A stretch of DNA of 12,579 nt. Origin: a virus (Duplodnaviria > Heunggongvirae > Uroviricota > Caudoviricetes). The position numbers and the translations under genes were made by a program. The stretch is taken from the IMG/VR virus record IMGVR_UViG_3300020577_007897, one strand, 5' to 3'. The notes beneath the pieces are model-generated. The model had not been told where the DNA came from. It saw nothing but the letters and a program-made list of their open reading frames with translations, and did no database searches. Shown here piece after piece: positions 1-7,252 of the stretch. Position 1 is the stretch's first letter; the number at the start of each line of letters is the position of its first letter.

Positions 1-2
1 CT

Positions 3-1520
3 TATATTCTTAAAGTAACCTCGATTGTCAACTCAACTGCAATTCAGGTTAATAGTGCAGTAGCATTTACTGATTCTGCAGCTACTGTTGGTCGTTTGAT
101 TGCAAATGGCTATATGTATGGTAAGTTTTCGGGCGGTTCGCTAATTAATGGTAACTACTACACAATTCTTGATGCATCGAGCGCAAATAGCACAGTAAAT
201 CTAGCTAACGCTTCATTCTCAAATTGTCAGGTTATTGGTTCGGCATCTGGCGCTTCTGCATGGCTTAAGACTGTGTTCAACGCTCCTTATGATTCGTTGA
301 CACCACACTTCTTAACAGCTATCTATGCCAATACATCGATTGATTGGTACTTGAAAGGTACGCGTAACGATGGCTCATATATTCGTGATGCTAATACATC
401 TATCTCAATTAATAACGAAGCTATTAATGAGTTTACTGACTACAAGCGTATTGCTATGTCAAAGTCAAACGAACTTACAACTGTTCTTGGTTCAAACGGT
501 TCGCTTGTTATTGAGACAACAATGCAGACTCAGAACACCAAAATCTCTCCTGTTATTGATACAATAAGATCGTCTGCTACTATTACATCAAACATCTTGT
601 CACCAGAAGCAGATCATACAGGATATAAGCTTACATATATCTTAACAGGTGCAAATACAATCGCTGATGGCGCCACGATTACTTCTACATCATGGGGTAA
701 TACTGCAACAGGTACTGTTCTATTCTCTAATTCAACAGTCATGACTGTCTCAGGTGTTAATGGTAAGTTTACCAACACCACATTTACAGCAACTGGTGGT
801 GTCGCTGGCTATATTACAAACGCTGTTGAATATGCAGAATCAAAGCCTATTAATTATTACTTTACTTCGCGCTATATCAGCAAGAACGTAATTCTAGCAG
901 CAGACCAGGATTCAGAAGATATGATCACATATCTAACTGCATATCGTCCTGCTGGTACTAACTTTATGGTATTTGCTAAGATTCTAAACACTGCAGATAA
1001 TGATCTGTTTAGAAACAAAGCATGGTCAAGAATGTATGAAGCAAGCAGCCCTCAGCTGTTTTCTGCTACAGGAAGTATTGATGATCAGCTAGAAATTCAG
1101 TATACATTCCCAACATCACAGCGCATTTACATTTCTAACACTGTATGTAATACAACATCTGCAAACGTTACAGTGAATAGCACTCAGTACCTTTCAAAGG
1201 GCAGCTGCATTTACTTTGGTGAAGCGAACGGCTTCAATGTTCGCAAAGTTGTGTATGTAACTAACACTACTTCAGTAGTTGTAGATCGTGCCCCATCATT
1301 TGTATCTGGTAATGCTAATATGGGAATTATTCCTGGTCTTGAAGACTCAACAGCAGCATTCCTATATGATCAAGGAAATAACGTTGTTAGGTATGTAACA
1401 TCCTCAGACGCAATTTATGATCGCTATATTCAGTTTGCTATCAAGATTGTACCAATTGGTAACAACTCACTCATCGTTCCACGATGTGCAGACGTTAGAA
1501 CATTGGCATTGCAGGTATAA
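3..1520 (+). CDS. Large virion structural protein (baseplate/tail-associated), C-terminal part; 5'-truncated by the window
   Basis: The frame is open from base 3 (YILKVTSIVNSTAIQV...), so the TTG at 96 is not the true start. The C-terminal motifs YISKNVIL..DQDSED..YLTAYRP and FAIKIV...VPR..DVRTLAL resemble, from recall, the end of the large structural protein of T4-like cyano/pelagiphages. Stop TAA at 1518-1520. Confidence 0.75.
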   Translation, partial: YILKVTSIVNSTAIQVNSAVAFTDSAATVGRLIANGYMYGKFSGGSLINGNYYTILDASSANSTVNLANASFSNCQVIGSASGASAWLKTVFNAPYDSLTPHFLTAIYANTSIDWYLKGTRNDGSYIRDANTSISINNEAINEFTDYKRIAMSKSNELTTVLGSNGSLVIETTMQTQNTKISPVIDTIRSSATITSNILSPEADHTGYKLTYILTGANTIADGATITSTSWGNTATGTVLFSNSTVMTVSGVNGKFTNTTFTATGGVAGYITNAVEYAESKPINYYFTSRYISKNVILAADQDSEDMITYLTAYRPAGTNFMVFAKILNTADNDLFRNKAWSRMYEASSPQLFSATGSIDDQLEIQYTFPTSQRIYISNTVCNTTSANVTVNSTQYLSKGSCIYFGEANGFNVRKVVYVTNTTSVVVDRAPSFVSGNANMGIIPGLEDSTAAFLYDQGNNVVRYVTSSDAIYDRYIQFAIKIVPIGNNSLIVPRCADVRTLALQV

Positions 1521-1732
1521 TGAACAACTATATCAAAGTAAAGGATCATCCGGGGTTAGTAAGAGATAAGCAATCAACTGCTATTCTCAATACCTCTAAA
1601 GATGATCTGGCTAAATATCGTGAAGAACGCGATCAAAAGATGAAATTGCAGCAGGCTGTTCAAGACGTTGCAGAATTGAAGAATGACATGGCAGAGATTA
1701 AAGATCTGTTGCAACAACTCTTAAAGAAGTAA
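1520..1732 (+). CDS. Small conserved T4-like phage protein (70 aa) with a C-terminal coiled coil
   Basis: TAATG overlap with the upstream gene. YIKVKDHPGLVRDKQSTAILN followed by heptad-like ELKNDMAEIKDLLQQLL matches the small gene I recall following the large structural protein in T4-like phages. Confidence 0.8.
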   Translation: MNNYIKVKDHPGLVRDKQSTAILNTSKDDLAKYREERDQKMKLQQAVQDVAELKNDMAEIKDLLQQLLKK

Positions 1733-1735
1733 TAG

Positions 1736-2809
1736 ATGACAGTAGCTATTTCAAACGTCGCACTAACTAATACAATTGATTTCTGGCGCACAGTTACTAA
1801 TCAGCTGGCATCAGCAATGTCGACTTATGCGGTAACAACAAACGCTAACGTTGCTACAGGTAACGCGATTATCAATGGCTACTTCACAGCCAATGGTATT
1901 ACAGTTAACACTTTTACAGTAAATGGTGGTACAGGCGTAATTAACGTTGCGTCTGGAAATGTGACAGCCAATCTTATTGTTGGTGGTACTGGTACGTTTG
2001 GTAATATAACTGTAACTGGTACTGCAACAGTCAATGTTGCATCTGTTACAACCTATACCGGCAACTTGATGACAGTTAACACTGGCTCATTTGCTGCGCT
2101 TTCAACTAACAATATTACTGGCAATAACGGCACCATCACAACGTTCAATACTACAACAGCGAACGTTAATACAATTAATGGTACCAACGCTACATTCATT
2201 AATATTTCAGCTAACGTTGCAATTGCCAACACACTTAAAGTTGGTAATGCTACAGTCAACGTAACTGTTCTAGCACCCAATACAACACAGGCCAACGGCT
2301 CATATTACCTGAACGGTAATGGTAACTGGACGACAATCTCGTTCCCATCAGTTGTTACTGGTTCAAACACATATGTACAGTTTAACGGTAACGGGGCACT
2401 TTCATCGAGTGCTGGCTTTACTTTTAACTATGCATCCAATACACTAGTTGTTTCAAACACTGTCTCTGCTAATATTGTTATAACTGGCAATAATCAGACA
2501 CAGCAGATTACAACTACAACGTCTGGTGCTACATCTCAGGTTATTGACTCATTCTTGATAGCAAACTTTAGAGGTGCAGAATATACAATCTCTGTATCTA
2601 ACACATCAACAAATAGCTATCATATAACAAAGTTGTTGGTAATCCATAATGGTGGAACTGTTACAACTACAGAGTATGGCACACTATTTACCAATACCAA
2701 CTTTGCTACATATACAGCAGCTATCAATGCAACAGCTGTATCAGTTAACGTTACACCAACCTTAACCACAACTACTGTTAATATCCAACGTACCTTATTG
2801 TCTATCTAA
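1736..2809 (+). CDS. Fibre-like virion structural protein (357 aa)
   Basis: N-terminal NVALTNTIDFWRTVTNQL resembles phage fibre attachment starts. The middle is a T/N/V/G-rich beta repeat. The C-terminal ~100-aa domain (VIDSF...FRGAEY.I.V...YHITKLLVIHNG....TEYG) is also present in 6414..6929. Confidence 0.75.
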   Translation: MTVAISNVALTNTIDFWRTVTNQLASAMSTYAVTTNANVATGNAIINGYFTANGITVNTFTVNGGTGVINVASGNVTANLIVGGTGTFGNITVTGTATVNVASVTTYTGNLMTVNTGSFAALSTNNITGNNGTITTFNTTTANVNTINGTNATFINISANVAIANTLKVGNATVNVTVLAPNTTQANGSYYLNGNGNWTTISFPSVVTGSNTYVQFNGNGALSSSAGFTFNYASNTLVVSNTVSANIVITGNNQTQQITTTTSGATSQVIDSFLIANFRGAEYTISVSNTSTNSYHITKLLVIHNGGTVTTTEYGTLFTNTNFATYTAAINATAVSVNVTPTLTTTTVNIQRTLLSI

Positions 2810-2812
2810 ATA
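2805..2812 (+). promoter_or_regulatory. Putative T4-type late promoter (TCTAAATA) overlapping a stop codon
   Basis: One mismatch from the T4 gp55 consensus TATAAATA. Sits at a gene end ahead of a 67-nt intergenic gap. The same octamer recurs at 3501. Confidence 0.6.
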
Positions 2813-2838
2813 GTATAGTACTTTTCGGTCACATAGTG

Positions 2839-2866
2839 ATTATAGCAACTTTTAGAAACAGTGCAA
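2839..2866 (-). promoter_or_regulatory. Putative antisense sigma70-type promoter with extended -10
   Basis: The minus strand reads TTGCAC-tgtttctaaaagtTGc-TATAAT: a perfect -10 with the TG extension, a 16-nt spacer and a partial -35. Confidence 0.4.
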
Positions 2867-2876
2867 GAGAAATTAG

Positions 2877-3263
2877 ATGGCAGTAAGAGCTAATCTTGTA
2901 ATGAATCAGGGAGAGACATTTTCCAATCAAGTTCTTCTTCAAGACGAATTTGGTAATAATTATGATGTCTCAGGTTATACCTGCATTGCTTCTATGCGTA
3001 AGTATTACGGAAGCGCTAATGTGGCTTCTTTTTCAACTGCCATTTCTAATGGACAGTGCACTATTTCAATGACAGCAGCTCAAACGGCCAATGTTTCAGA
3101 TGGCCGTTGGGTTTATGATATCGATATTATCAGTGCAAGTAATACAGTGACGCGAATTGTTGAAGGAATTATTACAGTAAAACCAGCAGCAACATATTGG
3201 ACCAATTGGCCAACTATTGCTCCAGGTAATAACAACACAACTGCAGCAAATAACTCGTTCTAA
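2877..3263 (+). CDS. Conserved T4-like virion protein, predicted beta-sandwich (BppU-N-like)
   Basis: ANLVMNQGETF...SGYT..ASMRKYY...ISMTAAQTA.V..GRWVYDIDI....VTRIVEGIITVKP is a pattern I recall from T4-like phage tail regions. The fold assignment is inference. Confidence 0.7.
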   Translation: MAVRANLVMNQGETFSNQVLLQDEFGNNYDVSGYTCIASMRKYYGSANVASFSTAISNGQCTISMTAAQTANVSDGRWVYDIDIISASNTVTRIVEGIITVKPAATYWTNWPTIAPGNNNTTAANNSF

Positions 3264-3505
3264 TGACAATAAAAGTAATTGTACAGCCTGCACAACAGAC
3301 AGTAGTTATTAAAGCTAATAGTCAGGGTGCCTTGCAGGCAAACGCTGTAACAGTTGGTGTTTCTGTAGGTGGAAGTGGCGGTGCTACTCGACTAAAAGAT
3401 CTTGTGGATGTTAATGCCGCAAATGCTCAGAATGGTGATGTGCTAGTTTATCAATCAAATAATCAATCTTATACGACCGGCCCTGTCGATGGCGGCGAGT
3501 TCTAA
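3263..3505 (+). CDS. Small tail-fibre-associated protein (80 aa)
   Basis: TAATG coupling. Contains the fibre motif RLKDLVDV...NGDVLVY and ends in DGGEF, like the DGGTF end of the next gene. Confidence 0.7.
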   Translation: MTIKVIVQPAQQTVVIKANSQGALQANAVTVGVSVGGSGGATRLKDLVDVNAANAQNGDVLVYQSNNQSYTTGPVDGGEF

Positions 3506-3508
3506 ATA
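3501..3508 (+). promoter_or_regulatory. Putative late promoter (TCTAAATA) overlapping a stop codon
   Basis: Identical to the octamer at 2805. Followed by the SD AAGGAG (3516-3521) and ATG at 3532. Confidence 0.6.
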
Positions 3509-3531
3509 AGAATAAAAGGAGTCTAGACTAA

Positions 3532-5187
3532 ATGGCTGGTCCAACACCAATTCAGATCCAACGTACCATGAACTTTGGTACGCCTAATACTACTCAGACT
3601 GCAGCAAACGGTCAGTTGGTGTATTCTGGTAACTCACAGGCACTATTCATTAACTTTGGCGGCACGATTTACGCTATTGGCGGTCTACGTGTTCCTGGTA
3701 CTCTTACAGCTAACCAAGCATTGGTTGCTAATAGCACCAGCGGTATTGATAAAATTATTACTGCTAACGTTCAGACTGTTAATATTGGTATTACAGGTTC
3801 TATTACTGCAAATGGCGCGCTTGGTACTCTTAACCAGGTTCTAACATCTAACGCAACAGGTGGTGTATATTGGTCATCTCCTGGTGCTGCATCTGTTAAC
3901 ACTGCAGCTGCATATACCTGGACTAATACTCACATCTTCCAGGCTAACGTTTCACTTACTGGTAACGCAACAGCTGAATTGCTTGTTGGTGTTCCATTCC
4001 AGGCTGCAGCGCTTGGTGGTTCTGTAGCTAACCAGACTGGTTTCTATCAGGGTAACAGCACAGTCAATACTTCATGGACATATGCTGCTCTTACACTTGG
4101 TTCTACAACAGTTGGAAACGCATCTATTGCTGAAGGTACTCTAGGTGCTGCAGCCGCTGTAGGTGGTGTGCAAATTAACACAACAGCTGTTGCTCTAGGT
4201 AACAGCACTGTAAACGGTACAATTGGTTATAACTCAGTTTCAGTTGGTGCGCTTGCATCGAACGCTACAACAGTTGGTGTTGGTGCTAACGTTTATATGG
4301 ATGCGACCAGACACTTTGCTGGTAACGCAACTGTAAACGCAGTTCTAACTTCTGCATCTCTCCAGTTCAATGGTGGTAATACAGTCAACAACACAATCTA
4401 TACTGGCCGGGCTACTTCGGTTGCCAACGCCGGTGTGTCTGTTGGTCCAACTACTCCTCTTGTATCAAACGCAACCGGTCTATGGGTAATTGCTAACAAC
4501 GGTATTGTTGCTAACTCAACCGGTCTATTTGCTAACCTAGGTTCTGGTCTTGTATTCTCAACTGGTGCAATTACAGTTAACAGCGTACTATCGCTAACAG
4601 ATCTTACCCTTTCTGGTAACTTGACTGTACAGGGTACTACAACTACTCTTGACACAACTAACTTGCTTGTTAAAGACAACCAGATCGTTCTTGCTGATCA
4701 GCTAGCATCAACCGGTACATTCTTAGACAACGTTGATACTGGTTTCCATGTTAAGACTGGTAACACTTCAGTTAACTTCTATTCTGGTTTGGCACGTGTT
4801 GCTGCTTCATCAACCAATACAAATCCTGTATTCAAGTTGTTCAGCACTGCAACCAATCCTAACAACACAATTATTGATACAACTGCAAATACTGGTACGC
4901 TTATTGCGTTCTTGAACAGCGGCGCACTAACTTCAAACGCAACTAACGTAGCTATTACAGCAACTGGTTCGTTTGGTGTTAATATCGTAGCTAATACATT
5001 AGCGCTTTCAACTGCTCTTCCAGGTACTTCAGGTGGTACTGGTAAGCCTACAGTTGCTAACAACTCACTACTTTATGGTAACAGCACCAACGGATATAAT
5101 GAATTGGTGCTTGGTACAACAGGTTATGTATTGCAGTCAAACGGTACTGCAATTGTTTATGACGTCATTGATGGCGGAACTTTCTAA
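3532..5187 (+). CDS. Tail fibre protein (551 aa)
   Basis: The N-terminus IQIQRT...P.....GQLVY....LFI resembles Mtd-N-like fibre starts. Contains GN[SA]TVN repeats, a GNLTVQGTTTTLDTTNLLVKDN segment typical of T4-like fibres, and a DGGTF C-terminus. Good SD. Confidence 0.8.
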   Translation: MAGPTPIQIQRTMNFGTPNTTQTAANGQLVYSGNSQALFINFGGTIYAIGGLRVPGTLTANQALVANSTSGIDKIITANVQTVNIGITGSITANGALGTLNQVLTSNATGGVYWSSPGAASVNTAAAYTWTNTHIFQANVSLTGNATAELLVGVPFQAAALGGSVANQTGFYQGNSTVNTSWTYAALTLGSTTVGNASIAEGTLGAAAAVGGVQINTTAVALGNSTVNGTIGYNSVSVGALASNATTVGVGANVYMDATRHFAGNATVNAVLTSASLQFNGGNTVNNTIYTGRATSVANAGVSVGPTTPLVSNATGLWVIANNGIVANSTGLFANLGSGLVFSTGAITVNSVLSLTDLTLSGNLTVQGTTTTLDTTNLLVKDNQIVLADQLASTGTFLDNVDTGFHVKTGNTSVNFYSGLARVAASSTNTNPVFKLFSTATNPNNTIIDTTANTGTLIAFLNSGALTSNATNVAITATGSFGVNIVANTLALSTALPGTSGGTGKPTVANNSLLYGNSTNGYNELVLGTTGYVLQSNGTAIVYDVIDGGTF

Positions 5188-5199
5188 ACATAAAGTTAG

Positions 5200-5207
5200 C
5201 CTAAATA
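5200..5207 (+). promoter_or_regulatory. Putative late promoter (CCTAAATA) for the endonuclease gene
   Basis: Intergenic, about 40 nt upstream of ATG 5246. Same CTAAATA core as 2805 and 3501. Confidence 0.6.
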
Positions 5208-5237
5208 AATGATAGCAATCATGCTATGTTGTTTAGG
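5200..5237 (+). promoter_or_regulatory. Predicted RNA stem-loop partly covering the endonuclease Shine-Dalgarno
   Basis: The inner stem is ATAGCA(5212-17)-ATCA-TGCTAT(5222-27). In the outer stem CCTAAAT(5200-06) pairs with GTTTAGG(5231-37), which overlaps the SD AGGAG (5235-39). Confidence 0.55.
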
Positions 5238-5245
5238 AGACTGCA

Positions 5246-5827
5246 ATGGAAAAATATGGATTTGTATATCTTTGGTTTGATAAAAAGCATATAAAATTCT
5301 ATGTAGGGAGACATTGGGGAACAGAAGATGACGGATATATTTGCTCATCAAACAATATGAGAGCAAATTATAACCATAGACCTCAAGATTTCAAACGTAG
5401 AATTTTAGCTCGAGTATACGACAAAGAGCAACTTGTAGAAGAAGAACAGCGTTGGCTTAACATGATCAAGCCAGCTGAATGTAAAACAAAGTATTATAAC
5501 GTTTCTTTGAGCGCTAAAACCGCTACAATGCGTGGTAAAAAGCACTCAGCTGAGACTATTGAAAAAATACGTGCTGGTAATAAAGGAAAAGTTGTCACAG
5601 AAGCTACAAAGCAAAAGATTAGAGAAGCTCATGCAATACAATTCTCTAATCCAAAGCAGCGAGAGTCCCGCTCTGAGAAAATTAGAGCGCTGTGGAACGA
5701 TCCTGAATACCGTAAAAAGCAAACATTAAATAAGATAGGCTACGTTCAGTCTCAAGAGACAAAAGATAAACGAGCTGCAAAATTAAGAGAATACTGGAAG
5801 CATAATGTTAAACTTCCGACACGTTAA
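5246..5827 (+). CDS. Free-standing GIY-YIG homing endonuclease with NUMOD3 DNA-binding motifs (Seg-like)
   Basis: GFVY-10aa-YVG motif, then G...DGYICSS and a conserved Glu helix (LVEEEQRWL). NUMOD3-like MRGKKHSAETIEKIR and NKGKVVTEATKQKIREAH start at about 5528. The K/E/R-rich composition is unlike the flanking fibres. Confidence 0.9.
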   Translation: MEKYGFVYLWFDKKHIKFYVGRHWGTEDDGYICSSNNMRANYNHRPQDFKRRILARVYDKEQLVEEEQRWLNMIKPAECKTKYYNVSLSAKTATMRGKKHSAETIEKIRAGNKGKVVTEATKQKIREAHAIQFSNPKQRESRSEKIRALWNDPEYRKKQTLNKIGYVQSQETKDKRAAKLREYWKHNVKLPTR

Positions 5828-5839
5828 TTGGAGATTATT

Positions 5840-6412
5840 ATGAGTGACAATCTAGATTTAGACGCACAGCAGACTCAACCAAATATTGATCCTCAGCTAG
5901 GCATCTATGCCATTTACATTAAGAAGCTTGAAGACCTTCAGATGGAGCTGTCTCGCAAGCTTATGAATTCTGAGGTTAATAATGAGATTTTGCAAAATTC
6001 ATTGAACCAGGCTAATGATGCATATTCTAAGTTGATGGAACAGTTTCAGCAACTTGGCCAAGGCATGCATATTACGACTCAGCAGCGCGATGAATTAAAT
6101 GAAGAGATCAAGAAGTATCAGGCTAAAGAAGCTGAATTTAAAGCTATGAAACTTGAAAGAGACTCTACATGTCGTCAGAGAGATGATTATCATCGCGAAT
6201 TGCAGATTCAAATTAATAGAGCTAATGAACTAGAGCATCGTATTGCTATTGTTGAACAGAATGCTCGTAATGCAATTGATAGAGCTAATGCAGCTGAATT
6301 AGAGGCATCCAAAGCAGCTGGTGAACTTAAAGCACTAAAAGTAAAGCCAGATCCTTTAGACCTGGATGCTAAAGTAAAGCAACCCAAAAAGAAAGTTGCA
6401 AAAGTAAAGTAA
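5840..6412 (+). CDS. Coiled-coil protein (190 aa), possibly a fibre-assembly accessory
   Basis: The start is moved from TTG 5828 to ATG 5840 because GGAG lies at 5830-33. The sequence has long E/Q/K/L heptads and a Lys-rich tail. It follows the DGGTF-ending fibre once the endonuclease is discounted. Confidence 0.65.
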   Translation: MSDNLDLDAQQTQPNIDPQLGIYAIYIKKLEDLQMELSRKLMNSEVNNEILQNSLNQANDAYSKLMEQFQQLGQGMHITTQQRDELNEEIKKYQAKEAEFKAMKLERDSTCRQRDDYHRELQIQINRANELEHRIAIVEQNARNAIDRANAAELEASKAAGELKALKVKPDPLDLDAKVKQPKKKVAKVK

Positions 6413-6413
6413 A

Positions 6414-6929
6414 ATGGCAGGGCCAACACCAGTTAAAATTCGCCGTACAACTACAGCGAATAAGGTTCCAACTACGTCGGACATTACTATTGGTGAGATG
6501 AGCTTTAATCTTACTGATCGTAAGGGCTTTACGTCTGACGGTTCTAATGTGTTTGAAATTGGTGCTAATGTCTCTTCACAGACAATTGGTGCTAACTCAA
6601 CTATTAATGGTATTAACAACTCGTTGATTAGAGTTACCACAACAGGTGCATCAACTCAGAATGTTGATTCATGGGCTATTGCATCATGGCGTTCTGCTAT
6701 ATACAATGTGTCTGTTAAAGATAATAACGCTAATAACTATCTAGCAGCATCTGCCACAATGCTGTTTGATGGTACAGTATCGACTGTCTCTGTTTTTGGA
6801 GTAGTATACTCGAATACCTATATGGGCACCTTTACTTCTACAGCAAATGCAACCCATGCAAGTCTTCAATTCACGCCTGTTTCAGCCAATACTACTCTTT
6901 CAATTAGCAGAACGTTGATTTGTGTATAA
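6414..6929 (+). CDS. Short fibre-like structural protein (171 aa), mosaic
   Basis: The N-terminus MAGPTPVKIRRT...P....IGEMSFNLTDRK is paralogous to 3532 (MAGPTPIQIQRT). The C-terminal domain is paralogous to the end of 1736..2809. Confidence 0.75.
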   Translation: MAGPTPVKIRRTTTANKVPTTSDITIGEMSFNLTDRKGFTSDGSNVFEIGANVSSQTIGANSTINGINNSLIRVTTTGASTQNVDSWAIASWRSAIYNVSVKDNNANNYLAASATMLFDGTVSTVSVFGVVYSNTYMGTFTSTANATHASLQFTPVSANTTLSISRTLICV

Positions 6930-6932
6930 ATA
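6925..6932 (+). promoter_or_regulatory. T4 late promoter consensus TATAAATA overlapping a stop codon
   Basis: Exact match to the gp55 consensus. Followed by the SD AAGGAG (6949-54) and ATG at 6962. Confidence 0.75.
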
Positions 6933-6961
6933 ACTGGTGGTGTGTTTTAAGGAGATGAACT

Positions 6962-7234
6962 ATGGATACCCAAGAAATTAAGATTGATCGTAATAATGCT
7001 GCTCTATTTGGCTTTGGTGGAAACACTGCAGTCACAGACGTTGTAAGCAAGATTCTTCAGGTTAAGTTTAGCGATGCTGAGCTACAGGCTATTTTGACTG
7101 TGCTTGGTATTGTTCTTAAGGCTGCTGGTCTACAGGGTCTACAAGACTTTATTGCAATGTTAGTACGTATGGAACAGCAATTTATTGCAGCAAAGCAGCC
7201 TGCAGCTACTCCTGCGGCTAATACAAGCAAGTAA
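6962..7234 (+). CDS. Small helical protein (90 aa), possible tail-fibre chaperone
   Basis: Strong promoter and SD. ELQAILTVLGIVLKAAGLQG resembles small helical proteins I recall next to phage fibre genes. The function is inference. Confidence 0.6.
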   Translation: MDTQEIKIDRNNAALFGFGGNTAVTDVVSKILQVKFSDAELQAILTVLGIVLKAAGLQGLQDFIAMLVRMEQQFIAAKQPAATPAANTSK

Positions 7235-7252
7235 GCTTAAACAGAGAAGTAG

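Noticed and set aside
96-98. TTG start given for the first ORF (likewise TTG 5828 and TTG 8995)
   Set aside because: The first frame is open to the window edge. ATG 5840 has an SD at proper spacing, and ATG 9022 forms a TAATG overlap.
2818-2842. Rho-independent terminator (TTCG / TCAC-ATA-GTGA)
   Set aside because: The stem is only 4-5 bp, AT-rich, and has no adjacent U-tract. No convincing terminator was found anywhere in the window.
5188-5845. Group I intron or intein housing the endonuclease
   Set aside because: The flanking genes end and start normally, there is only about 58 nt upstream and 12 nt downstream, and no intron core or intein motifs were seen.
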